Source: Anolis carolinensis
Lineage: Eukaryota
Assembly (NCBI RefSeq): GCF_035594765.1
Contig: NC_085843.1
Coordinates: 185,791,971-185,855,970, forward strand
Reading direction: 5' to 3'
Length of the DNA: 64,000 nucleotides
The notes below the pieces were generated by a model. It worked only from the letters and a program-made list of their open reading frames with translations, was not told the DNA's origin and did no database searches. The stretch's first letter is position 1. Each line of letters opens with the position of its first letter. Made by a program: the position numbers and the translations under genes. Below are positions 11,614 to 24,813 of this stretch, piece after piece.

Positions 11614-11715
11614 CTGCAAAACAAACAAACATGTATAAGCAAGCATTTTATTAATGTTTTTTTTAAAGAGCTATTACATGCAATGAAAACTACTACACAT
11701 TCAAAAGCTCTAGGC

Positions 11716-12076
11716 CAGGGGTCCTCAACCTTTCTAAGCAGAAGGCCCTCAGACTGTTCGGAGCTGAACTATAGTTTGAAAGAAAAAAAACTCCTATGAA
11801 CACTGCAGATATCTTATTTGCAGTGCAAAAAATGAAAGAACAAGACAATATTTAAAATGAAGAACAATTTTAATCAACATACACTTACCAGTATTTCAAT
11901 GGGAAGTGTGAGCCTGATTTGGCTGATGTGAGAGTCAAGTTAATTAGGACTGTTGTTGTGTACATTCAAGGCATTTTAGACTTAGGGTAAACCTACGTTC
12001 AAAGTTTAGGGTGGGAGCTGGGTAAATGACTTTGCAGGTCAGCATCCAGCCCATAGGCCTTAGTTTGGGGCCCTCC
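11716..12076. mobile_element. Degraded hAT element related to 48696 and 60415 copies
   Basis: CAGGGGTCCTCAACCT start, GCCTTAGTTTGGGG end, shared internal sequence. Confidence 0.65.
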
Positions 12077-12102
12077 ACTTCTCAGCACTGACACAACAAG
12101 TA

Positions 12103-12420
12103 CAGTAGAGTCTCACTTATCCAAGCTAAATGGGCCAGCAGAAGCTTGGATAAGCGAATATCTTGGATAATAAGGAGGGATTAAGGAAAAGCCTATTAAA
12201 CATCAAATTAAGTTATGATTTTACAAATTAAGCACCAAAACATCATGTTATACAACAAATTTGACAGAAAAAGTAGTTCAATACACAGTAATGTTATAAT
12301 TACTGTATTTATGAATTTAGCACCAAAATATCATGATATATTGAAATCATTGACTACAAAAATGCCTTGGATAATCCAGAAACTTGGATAAGCGAGGCTT
12401 GGATAAGTGAGACTCTACTG
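12103..12420 (-). mobile_element. Tc1/pogo MITE, family A (opposite orientation)
   Basis: TIRs and TA TSD. Confidence 0.9.
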
Positions 12421-12832
12421 TATATCTATTATGACATCACTCCTTATGAAACAGGAAGTTTGTAGCTCCTCGATCAGGCAAGCAAATTTTGCAGATCATG
12501 GTGGGGGGCAGTGATGTTCACTCACAAGTAAATGAGCAGAAGTGATGCCAATCACCATATTCCTGTATTTATTTATTTTTTACTTTGGATCTATGGTTGG
12601 TTAAATCTGCAGATATAGTGTCCACAGATATGGCAGACCCTCTATAGCTATGTAAAGAGGGACCAGCCTGGAGATCCAAATTGCACAGAAGGGAAAAAAG
12701 AGAAGGATGATGGAGAAGTCAAACGAACTAGAAGAACTACTGAGTGTTCAAACCCTCCTTGAAGCAACTAGGGTCCTTGAGGCTTGAGTCCTGGACTTTC
12801 TGAAAGATTGTTTTCCCTTCTACATTGTCTTA

Positions 12833-12978
12833 GGCCCCTTCTACAGTACCATATAATCCAGATTATCTGCTTTGAACTGGAATATATGGCAGTATAGACT
12901 CATATAATCTAGTTCATAGCAGATAATGTGGATTATCTGATTTGATAATCTGGATTATATGGCAGTGTAGAAGGCGCC
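12833..12978. mobile_element. PIF/Harbinger-like palindromic MITE (clean single copy)
   Basis: TIR GGCCCCTTCTACA/TGTAGAAGGCGCC, TTA TSD both sides; siblings near 46860, 47468, 54370, 54541, 57934, 62975. Confidence 0.85.
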
Positions 12979-13763
12979 TTAGTCTGTCTTTGGCCAAATG
13001 TAATAGATCTGGTTGTTAACATATGACAAACGACATTTCAATCGGGGTCCACAATGGAGACAATAGCAGCATTTCCCCTTTTTCTATGTCAGTTTGTTAA
13101 CTGTACATGAAAAGTTAATTAAAAGTGTGATTTTTAAAAAGTATGCCAAATGAGGTTCCAGTGCCTCTGAAGTTACAAACGTCATTCCCTGGTAAGGTTA
13201 ATTCAATCGCATTAACAAAGAAATCCTAATATGAAGATTGAAAACAGACTAGTTGTATACTGCATCTTCCTCTGGTAAACAAAAGGAAGATACGGCTTAT
13301 TGGAAGGAAATGATGGTCTGCCTTATAATGGCCGAGACTGTGAATCACTGACAAGCTACTAAGAGGGAGAAAACAATTCATACTGGCACTCTTGTGTCTA
13401 TCATATTGAAGACAACCAGCACAACTATCAAAAGTTGTATACATTTCTTTTGAAAGTATATGTATTAAAATAAATTATATTCTTTAGCGATTTAGAGCTC
13501 AGCATTCAAACTTGTTCCAAAGTTCAGGAAAGTTAATAGTAAAACATTTTAAAGGATCTACAAAAAAACCAAAATAGTTAAAAACAGTGGTAAGAAATTA
13601 GAAATATTATTCAAAGAACTGAATACAGTATATCCATTTGAAATCTTATTAGTTCAATCCCAATTGAAGTTGACCTCACTGAGTCAACATCCAGTGATTC
13701 ACTGGCTCGATTTTAGAAGGAAATAACAGTATAACTTACATACTGAATACATTATGAACTTAC

Positions 13764-13840
13764 CACACATTATTCCAAGGGCTGTGCTAAATACTGCCAT
13801 ATAACCAAAGTAAAATGATGTCTGAAACAAACCATACATC
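13764..13840 (-). CDS. TM9SF3: TM9SF3 exon 14
   Basis: [25 protein letters not shown]|GTAAGT, 77 nt. Confidence 0.96.
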
Positions 13841-13958
13841 CTGGGGAAAAAGCAAAACACAGGCAGATTTTTAGTATCTCCAAGTTGCCAATTACTAGAA
13901 CATTTTCTGTGATGCTTATTTTGAAAAGTAAAAATGCAAAATGTCAAAAGCAACGTAC

Positions 13959-14042
13959 TTTGTCTTGAAAAAATAGTAATAAAAGGAATACATGTAAACA
14001 TAGATTGCAGTTGAAGCAGCAGATAGAAAACTTGTCCATTGC
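13959..14042 (-). CDS. TM9SF3: TM9SF3 exon 13
   Basis: [27 protein letters not shown](K)|GTACGT, 84 nt. Confidence 0.96.
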
Positions 14043-14662
14043 CTGAAAAACACAAGGAAACAATTAGAACAGAAAATTCATCTACCAGTTTTAGCTGATT
14101 CTTGACAACCACTAAAACATGAATCTATTATTTTTATTTTTATTAAAATTAAATGCCCCATTCTCCCCTTACATGAAAAAACAAATCAGCATGAATACTT
14201 CTTGCAGCTTTTGTAAAAATATTTTACAACATTTCTCTTGTGTCTAAATATTCTCTAGTCCCTATGGCTGTGCTCTTTTTAAACTACAATTTTCCAATTC
14301 TATCCTGTTCACACACAATGGTACGATGGGTTGAAATTTTTTCAATGCCTTTAAGAATGAACAGTAATTTAAAATTCTGTATATATAATAATGTATAGCC
14401 TATACATCCCCACCCACCCTAGTCTCTTTGCAGGAAGGCTGGCCTGGCCCTAATTTGACCATATTTTTGGAACCAGGTTTAGATGGTTTTCTTTTCCACA
14501 TATTGATGGCACATGGGTTTAAAAGCTTATAATTATGACCACTACACTACAAGTACACTGCTTTTACTGTTGTTTTTAAAACCTTTTAATATCTTAAGAG
14601 TATTAAAAATGTACTTTGAAACAGACACCTAATAAACCAAAAGAACAAGTTACAACACTTAC

Positions 14663-14809
14663 CACCTATAATCCTCTGCATTCAGTAGAAAATATGTACA
14701 GACGATTGTTACACACACAGTTACAATGCAGAGGATAACCAGCACTAACATCATGAAGCCATAAACGTAATAGATCTTGTAAGCCCAGAAGGAGGTGAAT
14801 ATAAAATAC
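14663..14809 (-). CDS. TM9SF3: TM9SF3 exon 12
   Basis: [48 protein letters not shown](W)|GTAAGT, 147 nt. Confidence 0.95.
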
Positions 14810-14926
14810 CTAAAGACCAAAGAACAAAATATTCACTGCATGGAGACACCTTCAATTAAATTAGGCTTAGAAGTAAAGAGCTGATATATGCAAAAGTTCG
14901 CAAAATTATCTAAGTAAGAGGCTTAC

Positions 14927-14995
14927 ATTTCAATGAAAATGGATCCAAATGGAAGAATCCCACCCAAGCAAACAATAACAGCTGGTTCCATAAAC
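14927..14995 (-). CDS. TM9SF3: TM9SF3 exon 11
   Basis: FMEPAVIVCLGGILPFGSIFIE(M)|GTAAGC, 69 nt. Confidence 0.96.
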
Positions 14996-15339
14996 CTGGA
15001 AAGAAGTTAAGAGTTAATCATCCAATGTGATCAAAAACAAGAGAGAGTTAAAAAGTGGAAACAGTGATATCAACCAAAGTTCACAATATTGAATTAGGGG
15101 CAGCAACATATATTTCGGAGCAATGCATGGATGTAGAGGTGGAAACAACTGAATTCTGGCAAGACAGGGGCCTCTTGGGTGTGTGGTTCCTATATGTGAA
15201 AAACAGGGGCAAATGTATTCTGGAGGTGGTCGCACTCTATCTGGGGGGTCATGTTCTCAACCTGTGGGTATTGCTGGATCTATCTTTGGCACAAGGCCCA
15301 ACTATAATCCCCTTTGTCCATGTTTGCTAGTACACCAAC

Positions 15340-15970
15340 TGCAGTGGTTTTTAAGTATAGGGGGTCCAGGCAATGACATGCTTAAGGCTGAATTACTACA
15401 ATGTGCTCTATGTGGCGCTGCCTTTCAGGTGGGCCTAAAAATCCGCAATGCCTTCTGAAGGGACAATCTACTGAAAACTCATTAACACTCATTGAATGGA
15501 CTAATTCCTATACACTACCAGGTGAGGTTTAAGCTTTTATTATTAGATTATAAAGCCCTAAACTTAGAACATGGTTACCTTAGAGACCACCTATATATTT
15601 TATTTATTTATTTCCAACATTTATATCCCGCCCTTCTCACCCGAAGGGACTCAGGGCGGCGTACACAATTGGCAACAATTCGATGCCTACACATAATTAA
15701 AACATAGCAATGAAAATCCAATTAAAACAATTAAAACAATATAAAAATATAAAACATATGGTTAAAAATCCATTCATCCAAAATCCTTGTGCTGTAGCCG
15801 TAAATCAGCCGTAATTTTAAAACTAATTTGGAGAGGCAGTTGTTCAGAGCAAAGTATTCAGTATAAAAACACCTAATATGTGGAATGCTCTTTCACCAGA
15901 ATTTCAACATATTCCAATAACCTTTAATTTTTAGTGCATGTTAAAAACATTTATTTGAGGAAGTATTATT
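15340..15970 (+). mobile_element. Degraded L2 ORF2 3' fragment interrupted by an antisense LINE/SINE tail (about 15595-15810)
   Basis: LNYYNVLYVALP and LIPIHYQVRFKLLLLDYKALN...GYLRDHL resemble the L2 C-terminus. Confidence 0.6.
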
Positions 15971-16707
15971 TAGTTTAACCAGACATGTTTCTTGACATTT
16001 AAAAGAATAAATGTGTTATCTGTATGTTCATGTTTTGTGTATAATTGTGCAAGTGACCAGAGCTCTGGATTACAGCTCCAGTCACCTGCAATTAATTCAC
16101 GCGGAGTTTCTAGAAGCGCTGGGTAAAGATAGTGCCAGCAGTTCTAAATTCTCAGTACTTCTTGTTGTGAACCCATTTCATGCTGTTGCTCTTACATATG
16201 CATAAAATGCCTTTGCTTTATTACAGCAAAAAGGAAAACAATGATGTGAAACATGTGGCAATCAAATCCAGACAAGACAAATATGCTGGTCATCAAAACC
16301 CTGACATGAGGGTTGGATTAAACCTGTTCTAGAAGGGCTGGTCTTCTTCTGAAAAGTAGAATTTATCGCTTGTGAATGTTCAGTGATCCTACATGGCTCT
16401 TGGTGACACCTTTTCAACTAACGGTGGTGGCTGCTGTGGGCTTAAGAAATGGTGGAAAGTTCTGGCTGCCTGACCAATTCACGCTTTTGCTCTAGTTTTG
16501 TCTGCCCAATGGTCACATAATGTGTTCCACTAATAATCACAGAGTATCCCCATATGTTTTCTTTAGATAATTAATATATTTATGTATTTATCTTTTTATT
16601 TGAAATGTGCACTTCCTAGGTAGCATATAAATAATACACATATAGTTTCATGGACAATCTGCTTCACTGGGTAGACAAATGCTAAGAAATTCTACTTTTT
16701 ACTGTAC

Positions 16708-16847
16708 CATTTTTTCTCTGGGATTGGACGAGGGACAGCATTGACTCGACAAGGAAAGTTAGGTTGACCTGAAAGGTTTCGCCCAAGTATTGTGCCGACA
16801 AGGTTTAAAGGAAGAATAACGAAGAAACAGATGCAGCACACAGCCAC
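16708..16847 (-). CDS. TM9SF3: TM9SF3 exon 10
   Basis: [46 protein letters not shown](W), 140 nt. Confidence 0.96.
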
Positions 16848-17983
16848 CTGTAAACTCACAGAAAGACAAGAGGAGAATATATGAAATGCATCTTTTACAA
16901 AGTGTTAATTGTAACACATACCTCTTTTATCTACCCAGTTAAGTAACAATAACATATATTCCATTAGAGAAACAATAAAATAATGTCGAAAGTCCCTCAC
17001 CATCAGCTATTTCAACTGCGGAGCAATAACATAACTTCTTCATTCCTTCTAGGGAAGCTCCTGTGTTTATAACTTAACCTCTGAAGTGGCTGTGCTTCTA
17101 CATTTGCCCTCATGCATGACCCTGTTAATAAAAGCTCCCTTGGGAAACTGAGCCTGCACTAAAGAGTGTTTGGGTCCCAAAAAATTGGGCAACAGTAAAG
17201 TTTTCTATATCTACTGGCTGTTTAGACATTTACATGAATCTGTTGTATAGTGTTTACAATTTACAAGTGGACACTACAGGAGATGCTTCACAACAAGAAA
17301 AATAGTGTTTAGCAAGTCTTACAAATGCTGATTTGTTGGCAGTAAATATTTTATTTTTATGCTTATTTTATATACGTCTATACCTGGGATCATGTAAAAA
17401 TTTCTCAGGCCAAAAGGAGTTGAAAAGTTTAAGGAGTCCTGCTCTAGAAAACTGGACACTGCATTTCAGAGGCATTCCTAAACTAACTGCTCTCCTTTCC
17501 TTTAGGGAATAAAAAGAGATTATTTTCAAATAAGATGTCAGGTTTTAAAGCTATTTTTGTACTGTACTAATCTACCAACAGTTATAAACTTCTCTTTAGA
17601 AAATGGCAAATGAAACTGAATATAGTACAAGGATGATAAACAAATCATACAATTCCAGGTGAATGTGATCCAGTACCAAACAAAAATGAAATCAAAATAG
17701 GACGAGTTTTATGTGGATGATCCATGAAAGAGTCTCTTTGTATCCTTCATACATTGGAATTGCTACAGAAATTAAGCTCCCAATTTTAATCAAAATATTG
17801 TATTTGGAGCTAAATGGTTAGGGTATATTGTTAAACCAAAGTTTTCTGCTATGCTATTGATTTAATCTATTTTTTCAATTTTAAATGTCTACCTATTCTA
17901 AACAGTTGGATTGTTGAAGGCAACGTATAGCAACTTTACTCATTTAAATAAGTTAAACGGGTAGTGATAATTAAATTACTCAC

Positions 17984-18114
17984 CATTGTTCCAAAAGGAA
18001 GAGCCCTTGATGCATGATAATAAATGGCAATAAAGTTAATGAAGAAGGCTGTACCACACACCATTGCAGGAATAAGGAATGCCCCAATGAACATCTGTTT
18101 TATCCACCGCCTTC
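17984..18114 (-). CDS. TM9SF3: TM9SF3 exon 9
   Basis: [44 protein letters not shown]|GTGAGT, 131 nt. Confidence 0.97.
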
Positions 18115-19083
18115 CTGCAAAGAAGCACACTTCAATTCATCTGAGATTCAGGTTCTTCATTACAACCCCCAAAGCACTGTATTATTTTCCTATACCACTA
18201 TATACAATGGAATTTAAGAATCCTTGGATTTTGGTATCCATGGGTGGTGGTCCACTGTATTAGCATCCTCATTCAGGTATGTCTGACATTTAGGCAGAAA
18301 TCATAGATCTATAGATCATTGTTTCTCCTGTATAAGCACAGGATTGCAATTGAAGTGTTACTTCCAAGGACTTTTCTTGTAGAAATGCCTGTCTCAAGAA
18401 ATAATATTGTGATACTATAAAGGAGCTCAAACATAGCCACAAATGGTTTCTGTATCTTTTCATAACAGGTTCAAGAAAACTCCATGTCAGAATTGGACTT
18501 TTCAGATAAGGAAATGTTTCTTGTTCACTGAACCACATGCACTACAGTATGGTACACTGTGGCTACGTCTGTCTTGCTTTTGTTATCAGCCATCTAAGCC
18601 TCCACTTTTCTCACTAACTGCAATCCATCCTGTCCTTTTCTCCTCTTTGCAACAATTTGTTGGCATCTCAATGTCAGCTGTTGTAGCTCCTTCAGATAAT
18701 ATAAAATAATGTATCAATTATATAATTTGCTCTTTCTGAATGAGTTAAAATACAAAAAATATTGGCAACAGAATTTTAAAATACCAATTCTTTTTCAGAC
18801 AGTTAATCTGACTAAATCACTCTGACTGAAATGTAGTAATTTCAGTAATAACAGCCCTACTACTATTCTTTACTGGATAAGTGAACAAACAGAACATTTA
18901 GATTTTATAGAACATCTTTAGGTATTTATTCCAGGAATGTAATTTTAGGACTCTCCAAGTGTCCTACAACATAGTGCCAAGGCTTTTGTACATCACAGTA
19001 AATGCATCTTGCTTACCTCTATAATCTCTAGCAAGTCAAATGGTGAAGTATGTATGAATATCCACAAACAATAAAATGCTATA

Positions 19084-19780
19084 CAGGCAGTCCCCATGTT
19101 CCAAACAAGATAGTTTATGTAGGTTTGTTTTTAAATTGAATTTGTACATAAGTCAGAACAGGTATATTTTCAAGTATAACTCCAGCCAAATGTGTGTGTG
19201 TGTGTGTGTGTATAGAGAGAGAGGGGGGGAGAGCTAACTAGCTTTCGATAGCTTAGGGAAGGATTAACACCACCCCATAATGTTCATTTTATTGTGCCTC
19301 TGTTCAGAAGACTTCACCTCACTTCCTGTCCCTCTGATAATTGGATTTTTAAAAATTTTGGCTTATTGTGGAAACAAGGATTGGTGAGAGATTATTTATT
19401 TCTATACCGCTTTTCTCCCACAATGGGATTCAAAGCGGCGTACAACATGTAAAATCAAGACAATTACAAAAAATACAAACATAAACCCCGACGAATGAGA
19501 AATTAACAATTTAAGACATTATTAAAACATTATGAATTCTCATTACCTAGAATAGCAACATAAATTAAAACATACCAGTTAAAACTTATGTAATGTCCTA
19601 TTCCCTTATGCCATGAAACAAACCAGAAAGTTTCAGTGGAGCTCCCTTTCCCCATGATAACTCTTTCAGGAGTGAATTTCCCTTCCTAGGGGCAGATTTC
19701 TCTCATTTCCTGTTGTCTTACACCTGTTCTCAACTAAGAGTCGTTTGTAAGTTGGATGTTTGTAACTCGGGGACTGCCTG
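19084..19780. mobile_element. Tigger/pogo-like non-autonomous element with internal LINE-tail insertion
   Basis: TIR CAGGCAGTCCCC/GGGGACTGCCTG, TA TSD; partial sibling copies at about 2425-2480 and 40010-40230. Confidence 0.8.
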
Positions 19781-19944
19781 TAGTCTTGTTAAATGGATTC
19801 AGGGCTAGATGACTAAGAGCATTCTCACTAATGGTTATGCATATATGTGGGAAAAGTCTAAAATGGAGTGCTAAGTAAAAGGATTCTGTTCTTGGTTCTG
19901 TGCTGTTTGACATTTTTACAGAACTGGATTACAACATGGAACTT

Positions 19945-20480
19945 CTCCTGACAACATGAAGCTGGGTGGGGTAACATCACAGAGGGCAAAACCCAGAATC
20001 AAACTGATTTTGAGAGGCTAGAAGCTTGGGCTGAAACTAACATTGAATTAAACAAAAATAAATGCAAAGCCATGCATATGGTTATGTATATATGTAAAAT
20101 ATTTTAGACTACATGTTTTGTAAGCTGTCTGTTTTTTGTTGTTGCTAAGTGCCAGGTATTTTAGCAGTGCTATATAGATAATGATAATGATACAAATACT
20201 CAAAGTTACAAGAAGAGGATAGGGACAACTGGTTTGAAATAGTATATATGAGGAGGATATTAGTTTCTTGGTGGGCTTAAATCATGAGCCCGAAGTGAAA
20301 TTTAGTTACTAAAAGTCCTAATGCGATTATAGGATGGAATAAGGGAAGCATAGTGTCCAGGTGCAGGAAGTAACATTCTTGCTCTATTTTGTGAAATCAG
20401 AAAAGCTGTATCTAATACTAGATGCCACATTTTAATAAGGGCATTGAGACAACTGACAGTAGTCTGGAGATAGTTGTGAA
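19945..20480 (+). mobile_element. Degraded CR1 RT fragments
   Basis: DNMKLGG...DFERLEAWAETN...NKCK resembles CR1 DDTKLGG...RLEKWAE.N.M.FN..KCK. Confidence 0.6.
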
Positions 20481-21148
20481 TATAGATGGATAAAGTCTGG
20501 AGACTATGGCCAGGTAGTGTCAGGTACGTATGCCAACCTAACTGGGACTGCGTAGTCAGCACCAGCAGCAGTCTACGTGTACAAATAAGAAACTGGGATG
20601 TGGGGAAAGTGTGTCAGTCCTGTTGGAAAAGACAAGAGTAATGTTGCTTTGGGGGCAAAGGGCAGAAGGGAGGCTTTGGCAACTACAATGCTGCCTGGGC
20701 AAGCCAAACTATCCTTCTTAAGAGACCCTTATTTTAGGCTCAAGCAGATTAGAAATGTTTTACGATTTAGCATCTCAAGGAAACCTGTCTCTCTGGCGAT
20801 GGTCTCACTATTTTTGTTCTCCCTCCTTCAACTTATGTTTTACTGCAAACTTTGAACAATTATACATTATAGACTCTTGTTCTTCTTAGAATACAATTGT
20901 AACAAATAGTATGAACTGTTAGATGTGTTCACTTTCTTGTGAAATAATTTGAAACATTACATTGTGACCATAATGTTAGTTTATTCTGTAAAATAATTAC
21001 AGTAGTCAACCAACACATACCTGATTGGCACTAGATTATTTCAGAACCCAGAAAATTTAAAACAGTATGAATAGTGTGGATGAAGTAGGGGAAGGTTAAT
21101 TGTTCATTATCTTTAATATTATCAAGCAAAAATTGGAATAAGGCTTAC

Positions 21149-21243
21149 CTCCCTGCCTGGCATATAGACTTCCTCCAAAGTAGCCATTCACTGGGGATGT
21201 TGCAGCATAAACAAAAATAGCGGTACTTAGCATTGATCCTCTC
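21149..21243 (-). CDS. TM9SF3: TM9SF3 exon 8
   Basis: [31 protein letters not shown]|GTAAG, 95 nt. Confidence 0.96.
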
Positions 21244-23331
21244 CTAAAATGAAAGACATGTATTTTTGGCTACACAAATGATTGTCTGAAGTCTACTAAA
21301 GGAAGAATGTCAAAACAATTACAGTATAAGAGTTTAATTATTAGTTTTAGTTCCTTAAAAAAGAGGAGGAAGAGGAGGAGGACGAGGACAACAATGAGAT
21401 GGACCACAAGAAAAAATGAAAATAAACTATCTGCCTGAAAATGCCAGTATGTTGCATCTGAACAGATGTTAACTATTGAAAGTACTGTACGAGTTACTGA
21501 CCTAGACAATCATATTTTTATATCAGAAGCATTAAAACCATGCTGAAGGACATGAATGCACTAACTAATAAGACACCCAACTATAAAATTCAGCAGCCAA
21601 ACTAACATGTGTCTGTGTGTAATTTCAAGTTGCCTGTCAACTCATGGATTTCAGGGGGTTTAGGCAAGGAATACTCAAAGGTGGTTGAGTCAGAACTAAT
21701 TTAAATTGTCACATTTGTCGCATGATGGAAAAGGTAATGGTAATAGAACTAGTCACCAGAATGGTATCCAATGATTTCAAATATTGGTGTGCATCATGTA
21801 AATGGCTTATTTAAATATGGAGGCACTAGCAGCAGTATCAGTCAGATAGTATCGCATTAACTCTGTGTGAAACAGCTTGTTAAAATTGGTTTATGCTTCT
21901 TTTTTCATGGTTGGTCTATTACGCTGTATTGGATATTTTTGACATCTGATTTTTGATGCTGTAAAGACAGCCTGACCTATAGAGAGATTCTCCATCCCAT
22001 GTGTTGTCTTTGGTCACTTAAAAAACCTTCAGGGATCCTGTTCTTTCCTCAGTCTATCTGCTAGAAGCTCAACAGTTTTTGTTTCTTAGCTGAACAATTT
22101 TATTAGCAAATATTATCATGGGACTACCTGAGAGCTGGCATGTTGCCAAAGATAATATAAACTCACCAATGAAATCATTACTCATATCTGGCTGTTTATT
22201 GTCCTCTCTTTATGCTCATCAACTCCCCTACTTGCTAACAAATATAACTTGCAATTTGTTTCGGCTATGATTTCGTCTTCCACGAACTGGGGAAACCATT
22301 ATTTTTCTCTGTACATGTTACTAGTTTAATATTTCTTAGTCTTTTATGTCACATACTTTGGTCTAAAATTGAGAAAGGAATGACTGAACACTGCTCAGTA
22401 AAGATAGGAAGGGTTTGTTAAAAGTTTCACCTTCCAGGTGCAAACCTGAGTTGTGGTGGCTTTCCAAAGCGGAATAAGCAGAAGCATTACATACGATCCC
22501 AACTCTTCACATTGTAACAATGTATAACATCAAATAATAAATTGAATACATGTGATTGCTAACTGAATGTTCTGATTGTTTAGATCAGCCAAAATCAGCA
22601 GTTTAAGTCAGCTCTGCAATTCCTAATTTGCACTGAAAACACTGCAAAGTTTTGATAGGGGGTATTAAAACTAATGAGTCTGATCAGGTAACTTCAGTGA
22701 TTTATCTTATCAGAATCAAAAATGGCTGCTTCCTTGAGCATTCTGCACCATTAACTAAGAATGTTTGGTAGACGGTCATGTATTCAGATAATGAGACCAG
22801 AATAACAGGATTTTTAACAATTTCTATTCAAATGTAGATTTCAAAAAGATGGAGTATTTATAAAATCTGTGAATATTATTTTTCTAAAATGACCAATCAC
22901 AATTCATCGAGTTTCTGCTTCAAAGATACATTTAGACACCAACCCCTTTATCAGGAATGCGTCTTTTCAACCCACAAAACAAATCCAATTATCTTAATGG
23001 CTACAGACTCTAAGACTGTCCTATGTTCCGCTATAAATTCAAGTCTTAAAACAATCAACATCCTAGGAAGCTTCTCTACCTCTTCTGATCTTTGAAAGTC
23101 ATCACTGAGTAGAGTATAATAAAACTGAGTAGTGTCAGGAAATAACTATTAGTTGTGCTGCTTAACTATAGTAAGAATGAAAAGTGTACCTCTTTATCCT
23201 GAGTGTAAAGCAATTGCTCAAATAGGAGTCACATTTTAAAACTTTTAAAGAATTCCAAATAACCATATAAGTAAGTCAGTTTGTTAGATCATAGCCCAAA
23301 GCTATGATAAAAGGAAAAAGAAATCACTCAC

Positions 23332-23498
23332 TCTGTGTACAAGTCCTCCAGCATTGCAACAATGATCACAATAAAAGACACCGCAAAGATTTGGCAGCCA
23401 GAACCAATAAGAGATGAAAATATTAATGGATGACTAGATGGTCTGAAGACGTCTCCGTGAACTTGCTTCCAGCCATATTCATCACCCAAATCTCTATC
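23332..23498 (-). CDS. TM9SF3: TM9SF3 exon 7
   Basis: [38 protein letters not shown]...EDLYTE|GTGAGT, 167 nt. Confidence 0.97.
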
Positions 23499-23707
23499 CT
23501 GCAAAAAAAAGGTTGAAAATAATGACCAATGAGAGGTTGAGCCCATTTAAGTAAATATTAAAGAAAAAGAAATTAAATCCTGTTAGACTACAATAGACCA
23601 TTAAATCAACAGGATTTACCTACATACTGACTCACCATTTTACAAAAAGTCTACTGTAGTTGAGACTAACCAACAGGATGTTAGCCAAGAAGTTTGTCAA
23701 AAAGATA

Positions 23708-24464
23708 CAGTAGAACCCCGGTAGTCCAAGTTAAACGGGTGGACCTTAGCTCGGTCAACCCGGATCACTCGGATTACCAGGTTTCCTCTCCGTTCGGCCG
23801 CGGCTTGCATCCAGGGGAGCTTGCTGTTCCTCTGGGTCCAGGCCGCGGCCGAACGGAGAAGCGTCCTCTCCGTTTGGCCGCTGCCTTCATCCAGGGGAGC
23901 TTGCCGCCCCTCTGGGTCCAAGCCGCGGCCGAATGGAGTGGCTTTCTCTCCGTTCGGCTGCGGCTTGCATCCAGGGGAGCTTGCTGCTTCTCTGGGTCCA
24001 AGCACCCGCCGAACAGAGAGGAAACTTCTCCCTTCGGCGGGCGTTTGGGCCAGCCATTGAGCGGGTGAAGGGGGAGGGCCGCAAAAGCCCTCCCTGTTCA
24101 CCCGCCCGCCCCTCAGCTTCTTCATCACGCCGGGGGCCGCCAGTACCAGCGCCCGGCGTGGTGAAGGAGCCAGCCGTGCGTGTTGCTAGGTAGATAGCAA
24201 GCTACCTAGCAACACGCACGGGGCGCTTGCCCCTTGAGAGGTGCCCCCTGTGTGTTGCTAGGTAGCTTGCTATCTACCTAGCAAAACACAGGGGGCACCT
24301 CCCAAGGGGCGAGCGCCTCGTGCATGTTGCTAGGTAGCTTGCTATCTACCTAGCAACACGCACACCTAGCCAGCCAGCGAGCAGGTGAATGGGGAGGGCC
24401 TTTGCGGCCCTCCCCATTCACCCGCTCGGATTGCATGGAAACTCGGATGAGCGGGGTTTTACTG
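23708..24464. mobile_element. GC-rich Tc1/pogo-type MITE built from tandem and nested hairpins
   Basis: TIR CAGTAGAACCCCG/CGGGGTTTTACTG, TA TSD; 3x80-bp palindromic units 23781-24020; about 190-bp palindrome 24175-24364. Confidence 0.85.
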
Positions 24465-24813
24465 TACATGTTTATAAGAGCAGTTGAGCTTCCCTTTATG
24501 TTTAGACCCTCCAGATGATATAAAAAAAAAACTCATCACGCTAAAATTCCAACAAATGTATTAATCAGAGATCTCATTAATGGTTGAGACAAAAAAATCA
24601 TTTTCTTAAATAGACAGCTCTACAATATCTTTTGGATGTTGACACAGTGCTAGAGTGTTTTGGGGTAAGCTAACTGCAAATAGAATCTAAGATATATTTT
24701 TCCTGAAGGTTCAGTTACTAGAATCTGCTAAGAAGACTAAGAAAACCCACTACTAGTCAATGTAGACAATGAGAGGCTAGATGGACAAAGATCTGATATA
24801 ATATGAGGCAATA

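Noticed and set aside
16050-16540. Higher-complexity intronic segment as a cryptic exon or pseudogene
   Set aside because: The minus-strand frames I translated contain stops, and I recognise no protein similarity.
23781-24020. CRISPR-like regularly spaced palindromic repeats
   Set aside because: The whole 80-bp unit repeats with no unique spacers, it lies inside a TIR/TA-bounded MITE in a vertebrate intron, and there are no cas genes.
23694-24193. Several overlapping ORFs of 65-143 aa
   Set aside because: By-product of a GC-rich tandem repeat poor in stop codons; repetitive peptides with no recognisable homology.
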